From contig CAVPQB010000004.1 in NCBI GenBank assembly GCA_963707505.1, positions 1,280,001-1,344,000 on the forward strand: DNA of 64,000 nt. Direction: 5' to 3'. The stretch comes from an uncultured Gemmatimonadales bacterium (GTDB lineage Bacteria; Gemmatimonadota; Gemmatimonadetes; Gemmatimonadales; Gemmatimonadaceae). Every line of letters begins with the position of its first letter. The stretch's first letter is position 1. Below are positions 1 to 12,156 of this stretch, in pieces. Position numbers and translations under genes: made by a program. The notes under the pieces are model-generated. The model ran no database searches. It was not told the origin of the DNA and worked only from the letters and a program-made list of their open reading frames with translations.

Positions 1-273
1 TCGCGCAAACCGAGCCGCGAACAGCATTGGGACGATACTGATCGCCATCACGATCAGCTGGATGATCGGAACGCCAAGACTCGGCAAACGCGTTCCTTCC
101 GGCGGATAGTGATAGAAATTCTTGCGCAGGTAGAGATACGCAAAGGCGCAGATGACGAGCGAGAGTCCTTCGGTCACCATGAAGCCGAGGGTTCCCCACC
201 AGGTCGTGCTGCGGGGCCCGAAGGTCACATCCGGCAACTGAGAGACGTCCGCGAGTACGCGTACTGACTTCAT
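1..273 (-). CDS. ctaE: Cytochrome c oxidase subunit III (partial, runs off the window start)
   Basis: Manual translation from ATG 273: MKSVRVLADVSQLPDVTFGPRSTTWWGTLGFMVTEGLSLVICAFAYLYLR..., with a typical subunit III WWG..FM..E..AY.YL pattern; ATGA overlap with the subunit I stop. Confidence 0.85.
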   Translation of the reverse strand, partial: MKSVRVLADVSQLPDVTFGPRSTTWWGTLGFMVTEGLSLVICAFAYLYLRKNFYHYPPEGTRLPSLGVPIIQLIVMAISIVPMLFAARFAR

Positions 274-2205
274 CGTACGTCGTCCACCATCTCGGGACCC
301 TCCGGCGGGTCGGGCCAAGCCCAACCGAGTGCCATCGGGAGCGCTACGATGGTGCCTATGATCAGGCCGATCGGCGCGTACACCGCCCCGATGAACGCGC
401 CCCCTACTGCAAGCGCGAGCAGAAGCGGCCAGATCGTGTCGGTCGGCATTTCGTGCCTGCTCTCCGGCTCCGCGTTGTGAATTGTCGTCACCAGCACTTC
501 ACGACGATCGGTTCGCAGTCCAGTCATTACGGGCACATCATCACGTTGCTCCCAGAGACCGTCACGGCTCGTGACGACTGGGATGTCGGGAAAGCTGCAA
601 GGCCCCGGCGGTGATGTCGTCGCCCATTCGAGCGTGTCCGAATCCCACGGGTTGTTACCGGCAATCGCACCTGAGCGCAGCGACATGATGACGTTGGCGA
701 GAAACACTATCACGCTGCTCGCGATTATGACTGCGCCGATGCTTGCGAGCAAGTTGAGCGGTCCCCATCCGGTCGCGGCGAGATATGTATAAACGCGTCG
801 CGTCATCCCTTCCAGTCCCAGGATGTGCATCGGGAAGAACGTCGCATTCACTCCGATGAGGAACAACCAGAACTGCCACTTGCCGAGCCTCTCGCTGAGC
901 ATTCGCCCGGTGATTTTGGGAAACCAATAATAGAATGCGCCGAACAAGGGGAACACTGCGCCGCCGAGCAGCACGTAGTGCAGGTGCGCAACGACGAAGT
1001 ATGTGTCGTGCACCTGCAGATCGAACGGCACCGACGCGACCATCACTCCCGTGAGTCCGCCAATGATGAACACGATGAAGAACCCCAGTACGAACAGCAT
1101 GGGAGTCGCAAGCCGCACTCGACCGTTCCACATCGTCGCGATCCAGCAGAATATCTGGACGCCGGTGGGAATTGCGATGGTGACACTTGCCGCGGTAAAG
1201 AAACTTTCCCCGAGCTGCGGCAGCGGCGTTGCGAACATGTGATGAACCCAGAGCCCGAACGCGAGCACGGCCGTCGCAACAAGCGAGAGCACCATCGCGG
1301 GATATCCGAAGATCTGGCGCCGGGTGAACGTCGTGACGATGCTGGATATCATCCCGAGGCCCGGGATGAAGATGATGTACACCTCCGGGTGCCCGAAGAA
1401 CCAGAAGAGATGTTGCCACAGTATCGCGTCGCCGCCCTCTGCGGGATTGAACAGGTGCGTGTCGATGGCGCGGTCCATCGCAAGAAACTGACTTGCGACG
1501 GCGACCCATGGCATCGCAAACAGGATCATGAACGACACGACAACCATCGACCAGACGAACAGCGGAATCCGATTGAGGGACATTCCCGGTGCGCGCTGCT
1601 TGAATACGGTCACGATGATCTGGATGGCCGCAATGATTCCCGCGATCTCGGTGAACGTCACCGTCTGCGCCCAGACGTCCGCGCGCTTACCCGCCGAGAA
1701 TTGCGGACCGGCAAGGGGCACGTACGCGAACCAGCCTACGTCGACTCCCGTGTTCATCAGAAACTCGACGTAGAGAAAGACGCACCCGATCAGATACGTG
1801 TAGTAACCGAACGAGTTCAGACGCGGAAACGCTACCTCGCGAGATCCGACCATGAGCGGAACGAAATACAGTCCCATCGCTGTCATCATCGGAACCGCGA
1901 AGAGAAACATCATCGTCGTACCGTGCGTCGAAAAGAACTGATTGTACAGGTCAGGGCCGAGTATGTGGTTCTCGGGGCGCGAGAGCTGAAGTCGCATCAT
2001 CGCCGCGTCGATTCCACCGAGCAGGAACATCATGAACGCCGTGATGATGTAGCGTTTCGCGATGCGCTTGTTGTCGGTCGTGATCAACCAGCCCCAGAAT
2101 CCCGGTGTCGGTTCCGCGCCAGGTTCGCTCGAGCTCGGCCATCGCGTCGGGATCCGCGCTGAGTGGCGTCAGCGGTGCTGCAACCGGGGTCGGCGCTGCG
2201 CTCAC
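270..2205 (-). CDS. ctaD: Heme-copper oxidase subunit I, A1 type; one frameshift near 2118
   Basis: GHPEVY, WVHH and HLHY metal ligands; the N-terminus (ORF 1951..2205, ...ELERTW) joins PGFWGWLITTDNK after a 1-nt shift. Confidence 0.95.
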
Positions 2206-3188
2206 TTGAGTCCCTCCAGGTAAGCTGTCACGGCGTGAATGTCGGCGCGCGAAAGATCAGTCGCGGGCATGTTCGAGCCTGGTTTGATTCGTTGTGGATC
2301 TGCTATCCACGATTCGAGATTGGAAGGAGTATTGGGGAGCACACCGGCGGCGAGCGTCATTCGGCCTCCGACATGTGTGAGATCCGGTCCCATCGTCGCA
2401 CCGGCCGGAGTGCCACCGATTGCATGGCACATCACACATGGTGCGGACAGAAAAACCTTCTGGCCGGCGGATCGAAGCGAGTCGGACGGCGCGGGCGGCG
2501 GCGGCGATTGGAGTTGCGCATTGTACCACGACTGGTACTGCTCGGGGCTCTCCGCGATTATGATGACTGCCATCTTCGCATGTTCCAATCCGCAGAACTC
2601 GGCGCACTGACCGCGGTACACGCCGGCGGTATCGACCTCGAACCATGCATCGTTGTGATGGCCGGGAATGAGGTCTTTCTTCCCGTTGAGATTCGGAATC
2701 CAGAAGCTGTGGATCACGTCGGTCGACGACAGGTTGAGCAGCACTGGCCGGTGTACCGGCACGTGTATCTCGTTCGCCGTCGTAAGGAGCCGCTGGGGTG
2801 CCGTATCCTGATACTGGACTTCCCACCACCACTGATGTCCTACGACGTCGATGTGCAGGGCATTCGTTGCAGCTCGCGGCGCGGCCACGGCGCGGCCGAC
2901 ACCGAAGTCGTAGAGGAGATATGCGAAGAGAATCACTACTGTTGCGGCAGTCGCGGCGGTAACAGCGCGGTGCATCGAAAGCTCGCGGCTCTGCTTCACG
3001 TCCGTCGCTCCAGACTTGTTCGACCGCCGCACTGCCGCCAGCGCCGCCACGATTACAACGACGTAAACAATTACCGACACGATCATCATGAAGGTGAAGA
3101 GTCCGAACACGACATGCGCCGACCCGCTCGACGGGCGAAAGACCGACTCATGTCCTGCCCACTGTGACGGAATCGGCAGTTGCATCAC
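2202..3188 (-). CDS. ctaC: Cytochrome c oxidase subunit II with C-terminal cytochrome c (caa3 type)
   Basis: GHQWWW, DVIHSFW, CuA motif CAEFCGLEHAKM, heme motif CVMCH, KPGSNMP. Confidence 0.95.
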   Translation of the reverse strand: MMQLPIPSQWAGHESVFRPSSGSAHVVFGLFTFMMIVSVIVYVVVIVAALAAVRRSNKSGATDVKQSRELSMHRAVTAATAATVVILFAYLLYDFGVGRAVAAPRAATNALHIDVVGHQWWWEVQYQDTAPQRLLTTANEIHVPVHRPVLLNLSSTDVIHSFWIPNLNGKKDLIPGHHNDAWFEVDTAGVYRGQCAEFCGLEHAKMAVIIIAESPEQYQSWYNAQLQSPPPPAPSDSLRSAGQKVFLSAPCVMCHAIGGTPAGATMGPDLTHVGGRMTLAAGVLPNTPSNLESWIADPQRIKPGSNMPATDLSRADIHAVTAYLEGLK

Positions 3189-3730
3189 GGCATCTCAGAC
3201 GCGGGCGCGGGGCCCGTCGTTTTTGGTTTTCCCGTCTTGGTGTTTTGCTCCGACGACCGTCCATACATCTCGTCGGCACGCCCGCCACGTACGTCGCGGC
3301 GGCCGAGGCCGCTCATCGACCGCACGTAGGCGACGAGCTGCCAGATCTGATCGTTGGTGAGCTTGCCGCGGAACGCCGGCATGCCATTTGGGCGGCCCTG
3401 CTGAATGGTCGCGAAAATCTGGTCCGCATTGCTGCCGTATATCCAGTTTGCGTCCATGAGCGCGGGGCCCATTCCTCCACCTCCGTGACTGTGACATCCG
3501 ACGCAATTCATCTGCGAGAAGAGCTGCTTCCCCTGCGACATGCCGTATGCGTTGGCGTCGTACGGACCTGCCACGGAATCAGTCAGCACGACCGGCCCAG
3601 GCTGCAGGGTCGTAAGCCGAACCGTCGGCGTGGAGTTGGACTCAGGCGTACCGTGAAACTTTCTGTGTTCGCGGTCACACGCCAGAGCGCCGAACATCAC
3701 GAGCAGAGCAAGGGTTACCGTTCGTCGCAT
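3185..3730 (-). CDS. Monoheme cytochrome c (XoxG-like electron acceptor), probable lipoprotein
   Basis: CVGCH, GGGGMGPALMD..WIYG, GRPNGMPAF; signal MRRTVTLALLVMFGALAC; GGAG precedes ATG 3730; lies directly after xoxJ. Confidence 0.85.
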   Translation of the reverse strand: MRRTVTLALLVMFGALACDREHRKFHGTPESNSTPTVRLTTLQPGPVVLTDSVAGPYDANAYGMSQGKQLFSQMNCVGCHSHGGGGMGPALMDANWIYGSNADQIFATIQQGRPNGMPAFRGKLTNDQIWQLVAYVRSMSGLGRRDVRGGRADEMYGRSSEQNTKTGKPKTTGPAPASEMP

Positions 3731-3747
3731 TGTAGTGATCTCCATTG

Positions 3748-4592
3748 CTACTGAACGATTGGCGCGTCGGCGCGCGGAACGCCGTACGACGCGAGTATGC
3801 GATCTATTTCCGGTCGGCGACGTACGATGACGGAGTCGAGCCTGCGCGCGAGCAATGAATCGCTGCGCCGAACCCCCATCGCGATATCGAAGACAAATGG
3901 CAGGAACGGAAGGTCGACCTGCGGCGCGACAGGCGTCACCGTGAGCGGCACGGGCTCGCGAGTGGCGAAGTATCCGCCCATCGGACCCCATACCACGGCG
4001 ACGTCGATCTCGCTGTCCGCGAGGGCGTCAACGATGCGCGCTGGAGGATTGGGACGGCGATAGTCGGCTTCGAGGTGGTAGCCGCGCACATTGCTGATGA
4101 TGTGACGCCTGGACAGTGCGTGCGCCGGAGGTGTGTTCGCACCGTCGTCGCCGACGAGCTGCACTCCAACGCGAACGTGACGCAGTATCGGATCGTCGAA
4201 CGACGCGACATGAGTCGAGCCGTTCGCGCGCGTCATGAAGACGTACGTCGAGCGATAGTACGGCTGGGTCGTCAGCAAGAGGTCCGAGTGCCGCTCGGCA
4301 CACCGATCCACACATCGCACTTGTCGGCCGTGATGGTGTTGCGCAGATAGCCGCGCCGTTGCGCCCACCACGTGTACTGCAGCCTTTCGTGCAGGTCTCT
4401 CGCGACGAGCTGCGCAATCTTGTTCTCGAACCCTTCGCCACGCGCGTTTGAGAACGGCAGGTTGTTGGGATCGGAGCAAACGCGCAAGCTCGCAACCTTC
4501 TCGGCGGCGGAAGTGCGCACGCAGCCGGCAACGGTCAGCGCTGCGATGGCTCCGCACAACAACGCGGTGACGTTACTTGAGGCCGAAGACAT
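3748..4592 (-). CDS. xoxJ: MxaJ/XoxJ-family periplasmic binding protein; frameshift near 4285
   Basis: LRVCSDPNNLPFSN..GEGFENKIA (ORF 4272..4604) continues as TTQPYYRSTYVF...DVAVVWGP...FDIAMGVR (ORF 3748..4557); start overlaps the dehydrogenase 3' end. Confidence 0.9.
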
Positions 4593-6448
4593 ACAGTGCG
4601 CCACCCTTGGTCGTGTACTTCGGAAGCTCCTTCATCGCATTCACGATGCCAAGCGCCGCGGATGGAGTCACGCGCGTCGAGATTTCCTGCGACGATTGCA
4701 CCAGCCCAGCCGCCGACGCCGATCAGCACCGCGACGTACTGCTTGTCCGATCCGGCCCGAGGAAGGTCGATCGGCTGTCCGATGATGCCCGATGCCTGTC
4801 TTCGCATTTCCACAGAAGCTTCCCGTCATGCGCGTCGACTGCCTTGAACCAGCCGTCCATCGTCCCGTAGAAAGACGACGTCGCCGGCAGTGACGAGTGC
4901 ACCGCTCCACACTGGAAACTGTTCCTGGATCGACCATACTTCGCCGCGCGTGAACCGGGTCCCACGCGGAAAACACGCCGCGGTTGCCACCGGCGCCGGC
5001 AAACATCTTCACGTTCATGCCGACATAGGGCGTTCCCTGCGATGTAGTTCACGTCGACCGCTCGGCATCCGTAGCACAGATTGTTGTGCGGCACGTACAG
5101 CAGACCGGTACGCGGTGAATACGCCGACGGCTGCCAGTCCTTTCCGCCCGGGGGCGCGGGGCAGATGTCACGCACGGTCACTTCCAGGTCTGGGATGCTT
5201 CTCGTGGGTTCGTCTGCACGGCCGGCCGGTTTTCAGGTCGATGCCGTCGACCGAGTTCACTGGCACGAACGGCTTGGCCGAGAGAACCTCTCCGTTCGTG
5301 CGATCGATCACGTACATGTAGCCGTTCCGGTCAGGGTGCACGAGAACCTTTCTCGTACGTTCCATCCATCGGAAGGTTCGAGCAGGACATTCTCGTTCAC
5401 ACCATCGTAGTCGTGCAGATCGTGCGGACTGAGCTGGTATGCCCATACGGCATCGCCGGTGTCGATGTCGCGCGCGAAGATCGTCGAGGTCCACTTGTTG
5501 TCGCCGGGGCGCTGATTTCCGGGTTCCACGGACCCGGATTGGCCGTACCGTAGTAGATGAGGTTGAGCGCGGGATCGAACGACACCCAGCCCCACAGCGC
5601 CGCCGCCGCCGATCTTCCACTGATCACCCTGCCACGTCTTGACGCCGAGGTCGGTGCCACGATCGCTTGCGTAGAACGGCTTGAAACGAGGGCCGATCAG
5701 AACGTCCTTGTCAGGGCCGGTGGCGTACGCCTTCCAGACAGTCCTGCCCGTTTTCGCATCGAGCGCCTGAATCCAGCCGCGCACACCAAGCTCGCCGCCA
5801 CTGTTGCCAACGATGACCTTCCCCTTAGCGACCAGCGGCGACATCGTCATCGTCTCGCCGGTATTGATGTCGCCGACCTTGACGTTCCACCGTTGGGCAC
5901 CGGTGGTCGCGTCGACGGCGACGACGTGATCGTCCAGTGTGTTGTAGTAGAGGGCACCATCGAAGTACGTCACGCCGCGATTTACGACGTCGCAGCACGC
6001 CACGCCCTGTGCTGCCGCTTCGGGGTTCGGCTTGTACGTCCACTTCACCGGCGCAACCGGGCCTGGTGAGATCGAGCGCGTACAGAATGTTCGGGAATGG
6101 AGTGACGACGTACATCGTGTTGTTCACGACGAGCGGCGCGGCTTCGTGGCCCCGCAGTACCGAAGTCGAGAACGTCGATACGAGTGTCAGCCGCGAAACG
6201 TTCGAGGCGTTGATGCTGTCGAGCCCACTGTATCTGGTATTGGCGTAATCCTTCGCCGGCTGCGTCCAGTCACCGGTCTCGGCCTCCGGATTTGCCCGCG
6301 TATCGACTGCGGGCGGCATGACGGCTTCGGAGGAGTGCGCTGGCTGCCGCGCACTCTGTTCTGGCGCGCCGCATGCAAGTGCGCCAAGCGCCACAACGAC
6401 TACGGATAAAGAAACCGCAACGACGCGAACCCGACACTCTCGTTCCAC
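4573..6448 (-). CDS. xoxF: PQQ-dependent methanol/alcohol dehydrogenase of lanthanide (XoxF) type, broken by at least 8 indels (probably sequencing error)
   Basis: Fragments in order: [92 protein letters not shown] 6448 preceded by AAGAGG. Confidence 0.88.
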
Positions 6449-6486
6449 GCTGTACGCCTCTTTTTTCGTGTTGTCGAACGCATCTT

Positions 6487-6503
6487 TGCACAAACTGTTC
6501 CCC
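6487..6503 (-). promoter_or_regulatory. Possible sigma54 (-24/-12) promoter for the xox-cox operon
   Basis: Minus strand GG-AACAGTTTGT-GC-A fits GG-N10-GC, about 40 nt before the xoxF start; deviates from the TGGCAC/TTGC consensus. Confidence 0.3.
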
Positions 6504-6517
6504 TGCACGCTACCGAT

Positions 6518-7519
6518 ATGACTACCCTGTCTCCGTACGCGATCGTACTTGTGTTCTTCGCTCTACCACCCTCGGTGAGAGCGCAGGATCGCGCGCTTGC
6601 CTTCGTAAGCAACGAGTGGTCACACGATGTGAGCGTCATCGACATCGGCGGTCGACGAGTAGTTGCAACGATACCGGTCGGTTTTCGCGTACGTGGCATC
6701 CAGGCGAGCCCGGACGGGCGCACGGTGTACGCCGCGACGAGCGAGATGGACAGGAAGGCGCGGACAGGAGCGGCGGGAATCGTTGCGATCGACGTCGCAA
6801 CGCGGCGCGTGGTCGCGCGCTATCCCGCGGGGACAGATCCGGAGCAGTTTGCGGTATCGCCGGATGGACAGCGGCTCTACATCTCCAATGAGGACGCGGG
6901 CGCGGTGTCGGTACTGGATCTCAAGCGCAGAACTCTCGTCTCGAGCGCGGCCGTCGGCGTGGAGCCGGAAGGTGTCGCCGTGAGCCCGGACGGGCATGAG
7001 GTCTACGTGACGGCGGAAACGAGCAGCAACGTTTCGGTCGTCGACACACGTACAGGACACGTAACCTCGACCTTTCTCGTCGACGCGCGGCCCCGTGCCG
7101 CCGCATTTTCGCCCAACGGGAAGCGTGCGTACGTCACGGCTGAAGTTGGCGGAACGGTTTCACTGGTCGATCCAGCCCGGAACAAGGTCACGCTTCGCGC
7201 GCGAATCGGAGACGGAAATGGCAAGCCGGTGGGAGTCGTGGTATCGCCCTCTGGCGACCGCATCTACGTCACCGCCGGTCATGGCAACACGGTATCAGTG
7301 CTCGACGGCGCGACCCTTCATCTCATCGCGACCGTCCCCGTAGGCAAGCGACCCTGGGGGCTGGCGCGCACGCGCGACGGCTCCCTGCTCTTCAGCGCGA
7401 ACGGACTTTCAAATTCGGTGTCGGTGATCGATGCGCTCACCAATCGCGTGGTGGCGACCATCCCCGTCGGTAATCGTCCGTGGGGCATCGCTGTCGTCGA
7501 CCCCAAGGGGGAACGGTAG
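6518..7519 (+). CDS. YVTN-repeat beta-propeller protein (PQQ-catabolism-associated type)
   Basis: Repeated SPDG..LY(V/I)SNE..VSV.D....V...VG..P.G blades; signal peptide; divergent from xoxF. Confidence 0.85.
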   Translation: MTTLSPYAIVLVFFALPPSVRAQDRALAFVSNEWSHDVSVIDIGGRRVVATIPVGFRVRGIQASPDGRTVYAATSEMDRKARTGAAGIVAIDVATRRVVARYPAGTDPEQFAVSPDGQRLYISNEDAGAVSVLDLKRRTLVSSAAVGVEPEGVAVSPDGHEVYVTAETSSNVSVVDTRTGHVTSTFLVDARPRAAAFSPNGKRAYVTAEVGGTVSLVDPARNKVTLRARIGDGNGKPVGVVVSPSGDRIYVTAGHGNTVSVLDGATLHLIATVPVGKRPWGLARTRDGSLLFSANGLSNSVSVIDALTNRVVATIPVGNRPWGIAVVDPKGER

Positions 7520-7551
7520 TCGTCTGATGGAGATCGGTCGCGGCTGCGCTC

Positions 7552-7800
7552 TCAGCGCGTAAACAGTCCGACCGCGTAAACAACTGCGATCAATATTGCG
7601 ACCGCAATGGTGACCCATGCGATGATGCTCGGCCCGCTCCGCCCAACGCTTGGCGGTTCGCCAATAGGCGACCGCGCTTCCGGGCTGGTGCCGTCACCAA
7701 CCACGTACGTCGTCTTCTCGACCGCGTCGGCGCCGCCCAACGCTGTCTCGGAGTCCACGAATTTCGGTTCCGGATGATCGTTCGTGGACTCTCTCGCCAT
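7552..7800 (-). CDS. Small hypothetical protein with a C-terminal TM helix
   Basis: 82 aa ORF directly after sdhB, GGAG RBS, hydrophobic C-terminus. Confidence 0.6.
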   Translation of the reverse strand: MARESTNDHPEPKFVDSETALGGADAVEKTTYVVGDGTSPEARSPIGEPPSVGRSGPSIIAWVTIAVAILIAVVYAVGLFTR

Positions 7801-7814
7801 TTGGCCGCTCCGGT

Positions 7815-8569
7815 TTACTCGTTGCTTGAGGCGCGTGCCGACGCGGCGACGTAATCGCGATTCATCTGCTTGATCACGTCAAGGCTGATCTCCTTGGGGC
7901 ACGCTTCCTGACACTCACCAAACCACGAGCAATTTCCGAACCCTTCCACATCCATCTGCTCGACCATGCCGATCACGCGACGGTCCCGCTCCGGCTGACC
8001 CTGGGGCAACTTTCCGAGATGCGTGATCTTTGCCCCGGTGAACAGCGACGACGATGCGTTGGGACAGGCAGCCACGCACGCACCGCAACCTATGCACGCG
8101 GCCGCATCCATCGCATGGTCGGCGCTCGACTTGCCGATCAGGATATCGTTGCCGTCGGGCGCGCCACCAGTGTTCACGCTGACGTAACCGCCGCGCTGAA
8201 TGATGCGATCGAACGCGCTGCGATCCACGACAAGGTCCTTGATGATCGGAAACGCCCGCGCGCGCCACGGCTCGATCACTATCTCATCACCGTCCTTGAA
8301 CGTTCGCATGTGCAGCTGGCAAGCGGCCGTCGCTCGCTGCGGACCGTGCGCGACACCGTTGATCATCATGCCGCACGAGCCGCAGATCCCTTCCCTGCAA
8401 TCGTGGTCGAAGGCGATCGGCCGCTTTCCACCGACGATCAACTCCTCGTTGACGACGTCCAGCATCTCCAGAAACGACATGTCGGGCGAGACGTCTCGCG
8501 CCTCATATGTCTCGATTCTGCCAGTGTCCTTTGCCGATGGTTGGCGCCAGACGTGAAGCTTGAGGTTCA

Positions 8570-8570
<1 letters not shown>
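7815..8570 (-). CDS. sdhB: Succinate dehydrogenase/fumarate reductase Fe-S subunit
   Basis: [34 protein letters not shown]. Confidence 0.97.
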
Positions 8571-10483
<1,913 letters not shown>

Positions 10484-10486
10484 TAC

Positions 10487-11152
10487 CTATCCAATCCAGC
10501 CTAGCAGGACGCCGAGTGGCACGAGAGTGAATCCGAGCCACACCACCACCGCGATTACAACGGATAGCTGGTGCTTGAGCGGATGCGGTGAATCACCGGT
10601 GATCGATAGAGTGCGGGCGGAACTCCACGCTCCATGGTAGAGATGAAGGCCAAGAAAGACCATCGACACCATGTAGAACGCAGCAACCCACCAGACATGA
10701 AATGCCTGAACGACGTTGTGATACACGTCGCCTTCCACAAAATCGCCGCCGGGATGGAACGTGCCGGTGGTGAAATGCAGTATGTGATAGACGATGAAGA
10801 CGAGGAGCAGCACTCCACCCCATCGCATGAATCGCGACGCCAGCGTCGACGCCTGTGGCACACGCTTGGTGTAACCGTCCGGTCGCGCGGCGTGGCTCTG
10901 CTGAGTGAGCGAGTAAGCCGCGGCGACGTGAAGGATCAACGCCAGAATCAGTACGACGCGCGCGGCCCAGAGCAGCTCCGCTCCGGGTCCGTGCAGGAAA
11001 TGGCTGTATGAATTGATCGCGTCCGGTCCCTTGAATGCGAGCAGGTTTCCGGTGATGTGCGCCAGGAGAAAGCCGATTCCGATGATGCCGGTGACGGCCA
11101 TGACGATCTTCCTGCCGATCGTCGACCGCCAGAATCTGGTTACCCGGTTCAT
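10487..11152 (-). CDS. sdhC: Succinate dehydrogenase cytochrome b558 subunit (single-anchor type)
   Basis: STIGRKIVMAVTG, conserved His in TM helices, HLYHG; first gene of sdhCAB. Confidence 0.93.
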   Translation of the reverse strand: MNRVTRFWRSTIGRKIVMAVTGIIGIGFLLAHITGNLLAFKGPDAINSYSHFLHGPGAELLWAARVVLILALILHVAAAYSLTQQSHAARPDGYTKRVPQASTLASRFMRWGGVLLLVFIVYHILHFTTGTFHPGGDFVEGDVYHNVVQAFHVWWVAAFYMVSMVFLGLHLYHGAWSSARTLSITGDSPHPLKHQLSVVIAVVVWLGFTLVPLGVLLGWIG

Positions 11153-11158
11153 CCCTGA

Positions 11159-12088
11159 TTAAAGCTTGACAGCGCGCATCGGCTCGCGAACCGCCTCGGC
11201 GCTCGCCTCGAGCGCGGTGCGTTCGTCAGCCGTAAGCTCGACCTCATAGATCTTCTCCAACCCACTGCGACCGATCTTGCATGGCACGCCGAGGAAGAGG
11301 TCGCGCAGTCCGTATTCGCCCTGCAACCATGCGGCGCATGGAAGGATGCGCTTCTGATCCTTCGCGATCGCCTCGCACATCTGCACCGCAGCAGCCGACG
11401 GCGCGTAATAAGCCGAGCCGGTCTTGAGATGTTTCACGATCTCGCCACCGCCAGTGCGGGTGCGCGCGACGATTGCGTCCAGCTTTTCCTTTGAGATCAG
11501 CTGCGTGATCGGGATTCCGCTCACGCTCGTGTAGGAAATCAGAGGCACCATCGTGTCGCCGTGTCCACCGAGTACCATCGCCTGGATGTCGCGAACCGAA
11601 ACGTCGGCTGCTTCAGCAAGGAAGCTGCGATACCGTGCGGTGTCGAGTACGCCAGCCATGCCGAGCACTCGCTCGCGCGGGAAGCCCGTGGTCTTCATCG
11701 CCACATAGGACATCACGTCGAGCGGGTTGGAGACGATGATCAGAATTGCCTTGGGCGACGTCTTCTTGATCTGCTCCGACACCTGCTTGACGATGCCGGC
11801 GTTGGTGTTGAGCAGATCGTCGCGCGACATGCCGGGCTTGCGCGCGATTCCGGCCGTGATGACGACGATGTCGGAGTCTGCCGTCTCATCGTAGCTGTTG
11901 GTGCCGATGATTCGCGAATCGAACCCTTCGATGGGAGCCGACTCCCACTGGTCGAGGCCCTTTCCCTGCGGAATCCCCTCCGCAACGTCCACCATCACTA
12001 CGTGGCGTGCAAGCTCCTTCTCGGCGAGGCGTTGAGCGGTGGTTGCGCCAACGTTACCAGCCCCGACGACCGTTATTTTATTGACCAT
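11159..12088 (-). CDS. mdh: Malate dehydrogenase (LDH-like)
   Basis: [36 protein letters not shown]. Confidence 0.97.
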   Translation of the reverse strand: MVNKITVVGAGNVGATTAQRLAEKELARHVVMVDVAEGIPQGKGLDQWESAPIEGFDSRIIGTNSYDETADSDIVVITAGIARKPGMSRDDLLNTNAGIVKQVSEQIKKTSPKAILIIVSNPLDVMSYVAMKTTGFPRERVLGMAGVLDTARYRSFLAEAADVSVRDIQAMVLGGHGDTMVPLISYTSVSGIPITQLISKEKLDAIVARTRTGGGEIVKHLKTGSAYYAPSAAAVQMCEAIAKDQKRILPCAAWLQGEYGLRDLFLGVPCKIGRSGLEKIYEVELTADERTALEASAEAVREPMRAVKL

Positions 12089-12156
12089 TTAAGTGTTCGA
12101 GTCTTGAGTGAGTCCGGTTTACCAACTGCGACGTGCCATCCTTCTAACTTAGGCGG

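Noticed and set aside
4573..6448. xoxF (and icd, coaBC, cpaF) as true pseudogenes or programmed frameshifts
   Set aside because: Catalytic motifs are intact, there are no slippery-site patterns, and essential genes show the same indels, so sequencing error is more parsimonious
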